Shown piece after piece: positions 18,302 to 26,665 of a stretch of 64,000 nt of DNA. The DNA is from an uncultured Gammaproteobacteria bacterium. Its GTDB lineage: Bacteria > Patescibacteriota > Microgenomatia > Woykebacterales > RBG-16-39-9b. The stretch is taken from NCBI GenBank assembly GCA_964367355.1, contig CAYIWY010000002.1, positions 7,296 through 71,295 on the forward strand, written 5' to 3'. Under the pieces are notes generated by a model. That model was not told the DNA's origin and did not search any database. It saw nothing but the letters and a program-made list of their open reading frames with translations. Position 1 is the stretch's first letter; every line of letters starts with the position of its first letter. A program made the translations under genes and the position numbers.

Positions 18302-18390
18302 GACAACTCCTCAAACCAATCTAAATCTCCTATATCTTATAGTCTCTGTGGTATAATATTTTCCAACAAACGAGCTACTTTAGCCAACTG

Positions 18391-18428
18391 GGAGTTGTTC
18401 CATCTCGATGGCAACTCCCGATTTTTTT
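18391..18428 (+). promoter_or_regulatory. Intrinsic-terminator-like hairpin inside a 5' leader (candidate attenuator)
   Basis: GGGAGTTG…CAACTCCC plus GATTTTTTT. It lies between the TGGTATAAT -10 (about 18347) and the SD/start at 18468/18481. Confidence 0.4.
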
Positions 18429-18480
18429 GGTCATAAAACTTGTTTTGTGTGGTAAAATCATTTCTAAAAGGAGGGGACCA

Positions 18481-18900
18481 GTGACCCATGCAGTGAACCA
18501 CCTGCAGGATCAGGAAAGAGTCGAGTTCGACGACCAAACCGTTCGGCGTGTCTTTGACTGTTTCCGGGATTATTCACTTTCCAGTTTGCTACTGTTGCTT
18601 CAAAAACGCCGTGGGGGACTGGGAATAGTAAGCCTTCAAGAAAAGATCAACCCGATTTATCAAAAGAGAGGCCTGTGGCCAGTTGATGAGAAATTCCTAA
18701 CCGATAAGCTTAGGGTTCTTGTCGAACTTGGATTGGTTGGCGTAAATCCAGCCCAAAACACCTATCGACTCAGTCCGATTGGAAAGCTGTTAGTCGAGCA
18801 CTTACTAATAACCGGTCGGAAAATGGAGCAGAAGCGCCGAGAGTTTGACGAGATATGTAATGCACATGGACAAATTCAGCTAGGGTCGTACGGGGACTGA
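18481..18900 (+). CDS. Hypothetical protein, possible winged-helix DNA-binding fold
   Basis: AAGGAGG SD, then GTG at 18481 (or ATG at 18487). …KLRVLVELGLVGVNPAQNTYRLSPIGKLLVEHL resembles a wHTH recognition helix and wing. Tentative. Confidence 0.4.
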   Translation: MTHAVNHLQDQERVEFDDQTVRRVFDCFRDYSLSSLLLLLQKRRGGLGIVSLQEKINPIYQKRGLWPVDEKFLTDKLRVLVELGLVGVNPAQNTYRLSPIGKLLVEHLLITGRKMEQKRREFDEICNAHGQIQLGSYGD

Positions 18901-19069
18901 TCACACCTAATACCGCTTCAACGAAGTTTACTGCAAAGATCTTCCACTAACCTGGAAGGTCTTTCTTTTTGACAAACAAGCCCTATAACAAGTAATGTAG
19001 CAACTAAACCAAACTTGTTGTATAATCACGAATAACTAAAAGTGGATAGATCTAGGTAAGGAGATTGAA

Positions 19070-19546
19070 ATGACCGACAAAACCCTCGATGTCCAGCTGG
19101 AGGATGCCACTCAGAAAATTCTATATTCGGAAATTAAAGAGTTGGCCGCCAACTCAACCATCGACCCGCTGCGTAAGTACCAATTCGCCCAAACGTACTC
19201 AAGGAGTGAGAATCAGGAGAATTGGTTACTAATGGGCATTGTTGCCGCTTTTGTTTTCCTAGTAATAGCGCTTGGTATCGGAATTACCTGGGCCGGATTC
19301 AATGACCTGCACAACCAATTTGGAGTTACCCCTGGCAACTCCCGAGCCGGCACTGAACTATTAGTTGGCATGCTCTTTATCTTTTTCGGTTCAGGGGTTT
19401 GTTGGTGGTTTCTGGCTTTTGCTGCAAACGCGTCGGCTCGAAAAATGGTTATCAGGGCACGTTTTGAGGAAACTCAAAAACCCAAAAGCTCTGAACAAAC
19501 CGAGATGCCAAACCAGACACCTGCAGCAGAACCCGGTAAGGAGTGA
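19070..19546 (+). CDS. Membrane protein (2 TM)
   Basis: AAGGAG SD plus ATG. TM helices LLMGIVAAFVFLVIALGIGI and LLVGMLFIFFGSGVCWWFLAF. Confidence 0.5.
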   Translation: MTDKTLDVQLEDATQKILYSEIKELAANSTIDPLRKYQFAQTYSRSENQENWLLMGIVAAFVFLVIALGIGITWAGFNDLHNQFGVTPGNSRAGTELLVGMLFIFFGSGVCWWFLAFAANASARKMVIRARFEETQKPKSSEQTEMPNQTPAAEPGKE

Positions 19547-19547
19547 G

Positions 19548-19887
19548 CATGGAAGATCTGGACCAGGAAAAGGGAACCCTGGATTACATGTGGGAACTGC
19601 TCGCCATGCCACTAGAAGGAATGCATGATTTAGTCGGCAAAGCTTGGGCAATATTTTACCTAATGGTTGCCTTTGTTTTGATTGGCGGATTGGTAAACAA
19701 AATACCGAGTGTCGAAATAAGCCGAGTGATCAATTTCGTTGCTCTTGTCGTCCTGGTTGGTTGTTTGGGAGTGGCAATCAAGACAAGCCCCAACCTAAGT
19801 AAGTGGTGGACATTTCCGGGACGAGCAGAATTGCTTGGAATTATGTCTGGTATTGGTCTGTCTGGATTCCTTTTGACCACAATCTAA
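19548..19887 (+). CDS. Membrane protein (3 TM)
   Basis: The ATG at 19548 overlaps the preceding TGA. An AAGGAG SD lies in the upstream gene. Confidence 0.5.
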
Positions 19888-19949
19888 GGCCACTGGAACA
19901 AACTGTGCGATCTTTCTTATCTAAAGAATGGGAGTTGGACAAAAATAAA

Positions 19950-19986
19950 AGAGCAAATCATCAGATTTGCTCTTTCATCTTTTTTC
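19950..19986. terminator. Bidirectional terminator
   Basis: AGAGCAAATC…GATTTGCTCT with an A-run 5' and a T-run 3'. Lies between convergent genes. Confidence 0.6.
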
Positions 19987-20066
19987 AGTTCCCATTTTTT
20001 TTAGTCTTCCTAGACGCAGAGCGCGAAGCGATCTTAGATTTCCTAATCGCAGGACGCTTTAGGGGA

Positions 20067-20552
20067 CTATTTAACTGTAAATTTGTAAGAACCGGTAGTA
20101 GTTCCGCCAACAACCCAATTCAAGCTGTAACTAACCGTGTAGGTTCCGACAACCGATATTGAAACTGGGACAGACAGGGTTTTAAAGTCGGTCGAGAGTT
20201 TGTTACCGGTGGTGACAACGTCAACATTCTTATCTGAAACAACTTTTATTTCTGAGAGCGCGGCCAATGCTTTATCAACTTTTACAGAAACTGAAGTTGG
20301 TTTGGTTGTGAGACTTGCATTCGACGTTGGGTCGGTCGAAACAACGCTTTTAGAAGTAACTGCTGGAGATTCGCTTGTTTTATTTTCTTCAGTAGTTTTT
20401 GCGCCTTCCTCATCCAGCTTGACCTGGTCTTCTTGCTTGGTCGTACTTTTTTCTTCAGTTTTTTTGTTGCTGTTGGTCACATAGTAACCGCCAACTAATA
20501 ATATTAAAACTATGGCAATGATTATAAGGTTTCGATCTTTTATAAATTTCAT
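20067..20552 (-). CDS. Membrane-anchored Ser/Thr-rich exported protein
   Basis: N-terminal TM (LIIIAIVLILLVGGYYV), then a low-complexity T/S/K-rich region and a small C-terminal domain. Confidence 0.5.
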   Translation of the reverse strand: MKFIKDRNLIIIAIVLILLVGGYYVTNSNKKTEEKSTTKQEDQVKLDEEGAKTTEENKTSESPAVTSKSVVSTDPTSNASLTTKPTSVSVKVDKALAALSEIKVVSDKNVDVVTTGNKLSTDFKTLSVPVSISVVGTYTVSYSLNWVVGGTTTGSYKFTVK

Positions 20553-20734
20553 AAGGTCCTCCTGTAATTTCCAGTCTAACGACTAGTAAATAACTTGTCA
20601 AATAATATTTAATATAAGTTACTATATCAAAATATCCTGAATTCGAAGTCAAAAAGTAGTTTTGAACATAAGAAAGTTATATAAACACTCGATAACATCT
20701 CGCGCTTGTATCGCCAGAGCGATATAGTCGCAAA

Positions 20735-21391
20735 TTGCTTCCTGTTTCGCTAACGCGATATAATAACTTTGTGTACATTATTCCTGTCGTAATTGCAGTT
20801 GTTATCGGATATTTCGTTTACCAGTATTGGAAATATAAAGCCTCAGATGATGGCGCACCGTATGTTGCCATGGACCAAGAGTTAGTTGCAACAATACTGC
20901 AAACAGCTGCTGTTAATGAAACTGATATTGTCTACGATCTTGGCAGTGGCGACGGTAGAATTCCCATCACCACCGCGCTTTTATTTCATGCAAGAGCCGT
21001 CGGGATTGAAATTGATAAACTGCGTTATCTCTATAGTCAATATAAAAGATTTATTTTGAGACTTGGAGACAAAGTAACTTTTCTCAATAAGAATATTTTC
21101 GAAGTCAATCTCTCTGAAGCAACAGTTGTCGTTATGTATTTATTGCAAGAAACCAACGAAGCTCTGACAGAAAAACTGCTTACTGAGTTAAAACCAGGAA
21201 CAATAATAATCTCCGGAGCTTTTAATTTTCCAGATTGGCAACCAATTTTTGTTGACCGGGATCATAAAACTCCCTTTGGTCCAATTTATTATTATCAAAT
21301 TCCTGGTACCGAACAAATCATACAAACACCGCAAACCACTTCCCCAACTCAACAAACCCCAGTTCAACCAGCACCCACCCCGACAAAATAG
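20735..21391 (+). CDS. Class I SAM-dependent methyltransferase with N-terminal TM helix
   Basis: Motif I VYDLGSGDGRI. C-terminal Pro/Thr/Gln-rich tail. Start uncertain (TTG at 20735 or GTG at 20772). A TTGCTT-18-TATAAT promoter lies at 20735-20762. Confidence 0.65.
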   Translation: MLPVSLTRYNNFVYIIPVVIAVVIGYFVYQYWKYKASDDGAPYVAMDQELVATILQTAAVNETDIVYDLGSGDGRIPITTALLFHARAVGIEIDKLRYLYSQYKRFILRLGDKVTFLNKNIFEVNLSEATVVVMYLLQETNEALTEKLLTELKPGTIIISGAFNFPDWQPIFVDRDHKTPFGPIYYYQIPGTEQIIQTPQTTSPTQQTPVQPAPTPTK

Positions 21392-21453
21392 TTTTGGTTT
21401 GATTTACAAGCAAATTAAGAGTAAGATCAGCCTTGAAGTAAGGAGACTTTCAG

Positions 21454-21717
21454 TTGAAACAAACTTGGTTCTGCCCAAGATGTGAACACAACGGCATGAT
21501 GGAATTATCGCAAGAACCCACCACAATCGCAGCGATTATTGCCTTGCTCGAAAAAGAGCACCGAGAAAAATCACCGGATTGTCCGACTAAAACAACAGAT
21601 CTTTTAGTTGCAGTCCATGACCCAATCATCAGAGATTCTCCGTCGGGAACGAGAGGAATGGTTCGATTGGTACATGTAGAAAGGCACAAAGCAAACTTGG
21701 ACCGGTCTAGTGAATAA
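21454..21717 (+). CDS. Small Cys-containing hypothetical protein (87 aa)
   Basis: AAGGAG SD, then a TTG start. WFCPRCEHNG… may bind metal. Confidence 0.35.
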   Translation: MKQTWFCPRCEHNGMMELSQEPTTIAAIIALLEKEHREKSPDCPTKTTDLLVAVHDPIIRDSPSGTRGMVRLVHVERHKANLDRSSE

Positions 21718-21776
21718 AAACTTGAAGGGCGTCTACAAAATTGTAGCCGTCCTTATGTTTGAAAGGGGAGTTAACA

Positions 21777-22016
21777 ATGATGTTTTTCTCGATGCGCTTC
21801 TGGACAGAAGAAGCAATCATTTTAGTGATTTCCTTAGTAGTGGCGCTGGGACTGCACTTTGTTGGTCTTGAAGGTTTCTTTAAAAGCTGGCCTTTGTTTC
21901 TTGGCAGTTTGTTGATCGTCTTGAGGATGATCGTAGTCGAAACGAGAGATAAAACAGTCGGTCTTGTCTGTGTCTTCTTGTTGATGATTCTAGGCTTGGG
22001 CGGAACCATCAACTAG
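21777..22016 (+). CDS. Small membrane protein (about 79 aa)
   Basis: AAGGGGAG SD, then ATG. Two hydrophobic helices. The terminator at 22030-22066 follows. Confidence 0.35.
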   Translation: MMFFSMRFWTEEAIILVISLVVALGLHFVGLEGFFKSWPLFLGSLLIVLRMIVVETRDKTVGLVCVFLLMILGLGGTIN

Positions 22017-22029
22017 GAAAGCAACCCAA

Positions 22030-22066
22030 AAAAGCGTCCCCCTTGCAAGGAGACGCTTCTTTTTTA
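22030..22066. terminator. Terminator hairpin (A-run/T-run flanked)
   Basis: AGCGTCCCC…GGAGACGCT followed by TCTTTTTT. Confidence 0.55.
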
Positions 22067-22235
22067 CCTAATCCAAACAACATTTTAACGATCCTGGAAT
22101 CGAAAAACGAATTTTAAACCTGAGTATTAAGTTGTTCAATAGTTGTAAATTTGAATTGTAGAGAAATTAATTCTTTTTCGTAGTTTATAGAGGATTAGCT
22201 AAATAATTTTACCAATCTTCTGTTAAGTAAAATAA

Positions 22236-22270
22236 AGGCTGTGGTTTACAAAGACTACAGCCTTTTTTTT
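22236..22270 (+). terminator. Rho-independent terminator inside the gene-free tract
   Basis: GGCTGT…ACAGCC followed by TTTTTTTT. No annotated gene precedes it. Confidence 0.5.
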
Positions 22271-23943
22271 CGGACTCTACTGAGAAAGTGCCTCTTCAAG
22301 AGTCGTTGACATCATTTAGATGGTCAAGCGAATCAATCTTGTCCAAAGTTAGAATTGGAACACTCCGACACTTTTACCTCCATCCTCACTTGTAACTAAG
22401 CCGATAATATCAAAATAAGTACTTAAAGCCCATCGATCAAAGCTAAAAGGTGGTTTTTATATCTGAAAGATAGCTTTTATATTGATATATCAGCCTATTT
22501 TGGTAATTATAGGTTCAATTTTAGGAAAAGCAGAGAAGTGGCTAAATTGGCTAAATTTCTTGTTTTGCTTGATATATCAACCATTTTGGTCAATTTAAGC
22601 GCAAACAAATTTTTAAAGAAAAATCGACATGGTAAAAGTAGAGAATTTTGTAAAATCCTTTTGGGTAAAGTTTGAGAACAATACAGCAGAGAAGAGACCC
22701 GAAAAAAATTTAATAATAATCTACCGGAGAAGAGCGTGGTCTGACGTCGTATAAGATACATTGTGCGACGTAATAACAATTGAGGCTGGGCCTAGGAAGA
22801 GACCTCTGAGGAGGGGTCTGAGTAGCTCCAACAATAGAACAATTAACCAATCGGTCTCCGTGCTCCGAAAGTTACAGCACTAAACTTATTACTTACACCT
22901 ATAAAACAGTTTGTAGAGCCTTGCAGCGGCTCGTATTTACCAGGCATAAGGAGGTTCTAACCTGTAGGTCTGGTTTACGAGCAGTAAAGTCGTGGCGGTG
23001 GGTGTCAAAATTGCTTGTTTAATCAATCTATTTTTAATATTTTTAGCCTGAAAATTGATTGATTTAGCCTCGAAATTAGCACTCCCTTTTGGGTTTTGCA
23101 ATAGTTATCCACAATTTAGACCTAGGACTAAGTGAAAAGAGTGCGACAAAAAAAATTAAAGTCTAGGTTTTGCCAAAAGAGAAGAGTGGAGTCACAAACT
23201 TTTTCTGACTTCTTAACAGCACCGAAGAGTCTTTCGGTTTTCTTTCGCTCTCTCCCACCAATTAATGTCGGCCCTATAGTTATCTTTCCACACGTGGAAA
23301 CAACTATATCATACTACATCACTTATACCTTATAGTAAGTTAGTCTTTGCGTTATAAGACTACAACCTCTCCTCTACTTCCCTAACTACCTAAAAAAAAT
23401 CTCCGTTTGTCTTCGTTTAATATTTTTTTATTCGGAATATACTTTGCTCGAAGAAAAGGTTTGTAAAATACTTTCTTTCTGAAAACTTGAACTTGTTCCC
23501 ACTACCTTTCGAAAAAAAGTGCCCAAGTTACCCGAAAGTATCTTGGACACTTCAATTGAAAACTACCGCCTGAACACTACCCCAGCAAGAGCAGGATTCA
23601 GCTTCCTTGGCAAACTCTGCGTTGATGTCGACGTCTTCTGCTTCTCCTTTTCCGCCGAACACCAAATACAAAGATGCCCGTTTGTTGTCATCTTTGCGTT
23701 ACCCGTATCGACCACATGCGGTTTCTTGTCGCTTCCGGGAAACCCGTAACAGTTGACTTTGCCCATGAGGTTTGAGATCCTTCTACTCCAATTCGCAAGC
23801 CTTGCGAGACCTTCCTTGATCGAGTGTTTTAGGTGACTTCAAAAAAAAATCGCTTCTCTACTTCACACACACCTCCCTTTAGTAAACTCTTCCTCTAGGA
23901 AAGATTATATATTTGAAAACACTACCAGTCAACTTTTCGGCAG

Positions 23944-24720
23944 TTAGATACCCCAATTTGTGGTTACAAAAAGTAAAAAGAAGACGCTAAAACCAACAAA
24001 AATGTATTCAATTGCCGCTCTTTTGGTTAGGTCTTTTTTGATCATGTGCTGCATAATTCCAAGTAATACATAAACCAAAGCTGTCATCGCAAGTCCAATT
24101 TTTGGCGGATCAAGTGGCCAAAACGAAAGTCCGGCTGCTAACTGCCCTACCAAAAACCCAGCAGCCAATGAATTAATTACCAGTTCCCGACTAAAAGTCT
24201 CCTCTAGCTCGATCTGCCAAAGTGCTTGGGAAAAAAGCAAACTACCGACAATAAAAGCGATAATACTCAAAAACCACCACGGAAACCCTAAACCAAACAG
24301 GAGTGAGAAAAATGAAAAAGCAACGAATAAAGTCACTAAATAGCCGACCGTTCTTGCAGCTCTAAGTAATGGTATATTCCGCTCAGCGGAGACATTGAAA
24401 ATATTTTCTGCTAAAAGGTTTGTGTAAAGTACAGTTCCATAAACGATCGATAAAAGTAAACGAACCTCAGTAATCGGCTTGTATTGGTTGATAAATAAAC
24501 CAAAACTTAAAGTCAAAAGGGTCGGTAAAACGAATAAAGTGATAAACTCAAAACCCTCTAAATCCTGATAAATTGACCACACGGAGAGCAAGTAGCTTCC
24601 CAGTACAAGAGCGGAAAGAAAATAAATTTTGAGTCGATCATCTACAAATGGGAAGGTAAAAAGAGAAATTGTCAATAGAGTCGTAGTAATCGAGATCTTT
24701 ACACGTTTAGTTAAAAACAT
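23944..24720 (-). CDS. Polytopic integral membrane protein (7-8 TM), unknown function
   Basis: Hydrophobic throughout. Probable start at MFLTKR (24720), 8 nt downstream of the ruvC stop. Confidence 0.55.
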   Translation of the reverse strand: MFLTKRVKISITTTLLTISLFTFPFVDDRLKIYFLSALVLGSYLLSVWSIYQDLEGFEFITLFVLPTLLTLSFGLFINQYKPITEVRLLLSIVYGTVLYTNLLAENIFNVSAERNIPLLRAARTVGYLVTLFVAFSFFSLLFGLGFPWWFLSIIAFIVGSLLFSQALWQIELEETFSRELVINSLAAGFLVGQLAAGLSFWPLDPPKIGLAMTALVYVLLGIMQHMIKKDLTKRAAIEYIFVGFSVFFLLFVTTNWGI

Positions 24721-24728
24721 ATCTGGTT

Positions 24729-25253
24729 TTAAGTCTGTTGGGATTTTAGCACATGGCACATAGCTAAAGCTATGGCGTCGTAGGCATCATCACGAAATCG
24801 AAAAATTTCTTTACCAGCTTGGCTTTTAGGTATTGGTAACTCTTTAAGTTTCAACAGTTTCAAAACTCCTTCTTGAACTTGTTGTTTATCGGCTCGTCCA
24901 TGACCTCCAACCATGAGTTTCATTGTCAAACCAGTATAACCAACGATCGGTACATGTTTTTCGGCAGCTGCCAAATAAATTGCTCCAATCGCCTGCCCGA
25001 CTGCAATCGCAGTTCGAGAATTTACGCCGAAAAATATCTGCTCAACTGACATTATCTCTGGTTTATAGTCAACAAGAAGTTTGGTGATACCCTCTTTTAT
25101 AGACAACAAACGGTACTGAATCTCCCGTTCTTTGTCAGTCAAAATACAACCAAATTGTCGAATAGCAAATTTTGTTTTCCCGTTGGTGCCCTCTGCATTG
25201 AGAACTCCCCAACCGGTTGTAGCAGTTCCTGGATCAATTCCAAGGATTAACAT
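24729..25253 (-). CDS. ruvC: Crossover junction endodeoxyribonuclease RuvC
   Basis: MLILGIDPGTATTGWGV… (catalytic Asp7). 174 aa, a typical RuvC profile. Confidence 0.9.
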   Translation of the reverse strand: MLILGIDPGTATTGWGVLNAEGTNGKTKFAIRQFGCILTDKEREIQYRLLSIKEGITKLLVDYKPEIMSVEQIFFGVNSRTAIAVGQAIGAIYLAAAEKHVPIVGYTGLTMKLMVGGHGRADKQQVQEGVLKLLKLKELPIPKSQAGKEIFRFRDDAYDAIALAMCHVLKSQQT

Positions 25254-25265
25254 AAATTAGATTAA

Positions 25266-25577
25266 TTAAATGTGGTCAAAGTCGCCTTTTTGGCGCCGTG
25301 TGTCGATGTGTTCTAAAACTTTTGGGTATTCTTTATCTAAGTCTATACCATAGATTGCCGCAATACAAAAAAGTGAGTAAAGGCTGTCACAAACAGAATC
25401 GATTAACTCTGATTTTGACCGCTTCTGCGATTTCCAACCTTCTTCGACTTGAATCGCGTTCGCGAGTTCTCCGACTTCTTCAACAAGATCGGTTAACCGC
25501 TGGTAAATTTCCCATTTTTTGCCAGGCATTTGGTCGGAAACTTCTTTTGTTTTCTTAACTGCTTCGTTTAAATTCAT
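25266..25577 (-). CDS. MazG-like nucleotide pyrophosphohydrolase (small all-alpha NTP-PPase)
   Basis: LVEEVGELANAI…SELIDSVCDSLYSL fits the EExxE/D metal-binding helix pattern of the MazG/HisE superfamily. Confidence 0.65.
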   Translation of the reverse strand: MNLNEAVKKTKEVSDQMPGKKWEIYQRLTDLVEEVGELANAIQVEEGWKSQKRSKSELIDSVCDSLYSLFCIAAIYGIDLDKEYPKVLEHIDTRRQKGDFDHI

Positions 25578-26323
25578 AAGGCCACTTTCTCCAGCATCTC
25601 GCTCGGAATGTCAAAATTAGCGTAAACTTTTTGGACGTCGTCGGAATCTTCGAGTTTTTCAAGCAAACTTAATACACTTTTGGCCTTCGACTCGTCAGTA
25701 ATTTTTATAGTGTTTGTAGCTTCCTTAATAACCTGCGCACTAGTTATTTCGTAACCAGCAGTAGAAATTGCTTCTTTAACTTTTACTAAATCATCGCTCC
25801 TGCAGAAAACAGTTGACTCTCCTTCATGTGATTCAATATCCTCTGCCCCACTATCAGCTGCTAGCAGGAAAAGTTCGTCTGGGTCTTTCCCGGAAATGTT
25901 AACTGAAATTGCCCCAATAGATTTAAAGTTATAAGCAACACTTCCAAGACCGGCGAGGTGTCCACCACTTTTATCGAGTAAACTACGAATGTCCGCGGCT
26001 GTCCGCATTTTGTTATCCGTGACCACTTCAATTAATAACGCTACACCAGAGGGTCCATAACCCTCGTAAACAGCTTCTTCGAGCGGTTTTGAACCTTCCC
26101 CTCCGATTGCTCTGGCAATCGCGCGCTCGATGTTGTCTTTTGGCATGTTAATCGACCGCGCGGCTTCAACAGCTAAACGTAGTTTGAAATTGGTATCAGG
26201 GCTCGCCCCATCACGAGCGGCAATAGTGATTAACTTGGACGCTTTAGTAAACGCTTGGCCACGTTTAGCATCGTTAGCCCCTTTTGCTCGTTTAATTGTC
26301 GACCACTTGCTATGACCGGACAT
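25574..26323 (-). CDS. yebC: YebC/PmpR family DNA-binding transcriptional regulator
   Basis: MSGHSKWSTIKRAKGANDAKRGQAFTK… is a canonical N-terminus. Classic yebC-ruvC linkage. Confidence 0.9.
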   Translation of the reverse strand: MSGHSKWSTIKRAKGANDAKRGQAFTKASKLITIAARDGASPDTNFKLRLAVEAARSINMPKDNIERAIARAIGGEGSKPLEEAVYEGYGPSGVALLIEVVTDNKMRTAADIRSLLDKSGGHLAGLGSVAYNFKSIGAISVNISGKDPDELFLLAADSGAEDIESHEGESTVFCRSDDLVKVKEAISTAGYEITSAQVIKEATNTIKITDESKAKSVLSLLEKLEDSDDVQKVYANFDIPSEMLEKVAL

Positions 26324-26342
26324 AAAATAACCTTTCTTGTGG

Positions 26343-26480
26343 TCGACTACGGAGCGCGAAGCGATCCATAGTACTCCACTTAGAATGTCCTGACATTTTT
26401 ATTTACTTTCCCTTGACCATTTTAGCCCACGCAGTGGTCGCAAAGCGCGAAGCGATTTACTATGACCTGACATATCTTAA
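26343..26480. repeat. Two tandem copies of a roughly 45-nt repeat (…GAGCGCGAAGCGATCCATAGTACTCC…ATGTCCTGACAT… and …AAGCGCGAAGCGATTTACTATGACCTGACAT…)
   Basis: Direct comparison of 26343-26400 with 26430-26477. A partial third copy, ATGTCCTGAC, lies at 26489-26498. The core GAGCGCGAAGCGATC is also found at 20019-20033. Confidence 0.6.
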
Positions 26481-26665
26481 TTATCCTTTCAGTTGTAATG
26501 TCCTGACTTTTGCGTCAGCAAATGCAGCGTTTCTTAACGCACCATAATTGGCAATATTTTAACACATGCTAAACTCCAACAGTATTCGCCAAAATGCGAA
26601 GGCCGAAGACGAAGTCAAGGACTTGACAGGTAGTTTATAAATACTCTGTAATAAACTAGTTACTT

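Noticed and set aside
22482-22596. CRISPR-like repeat pair in the gene-free tract.
   Set aside because: Only two imperfect copies, about 60 nt apart. No array.
22900-23000. SRP RNA or RNase P RNA in the gene-free tract (TTACCAGGCATAAGGAGG… and GTAAAGTCGTGGCGG resemble fragments of 4.5S and P4 motifs).
   Set aside because: The universally conserved cores are absent: GGAAGCAGCCA of SRP domain IV, and AGGAAAGUCCGGGCUCC together with ACAGAAACCCGGCUUA of RNase P. The similarity is limited to 6-8 nt.
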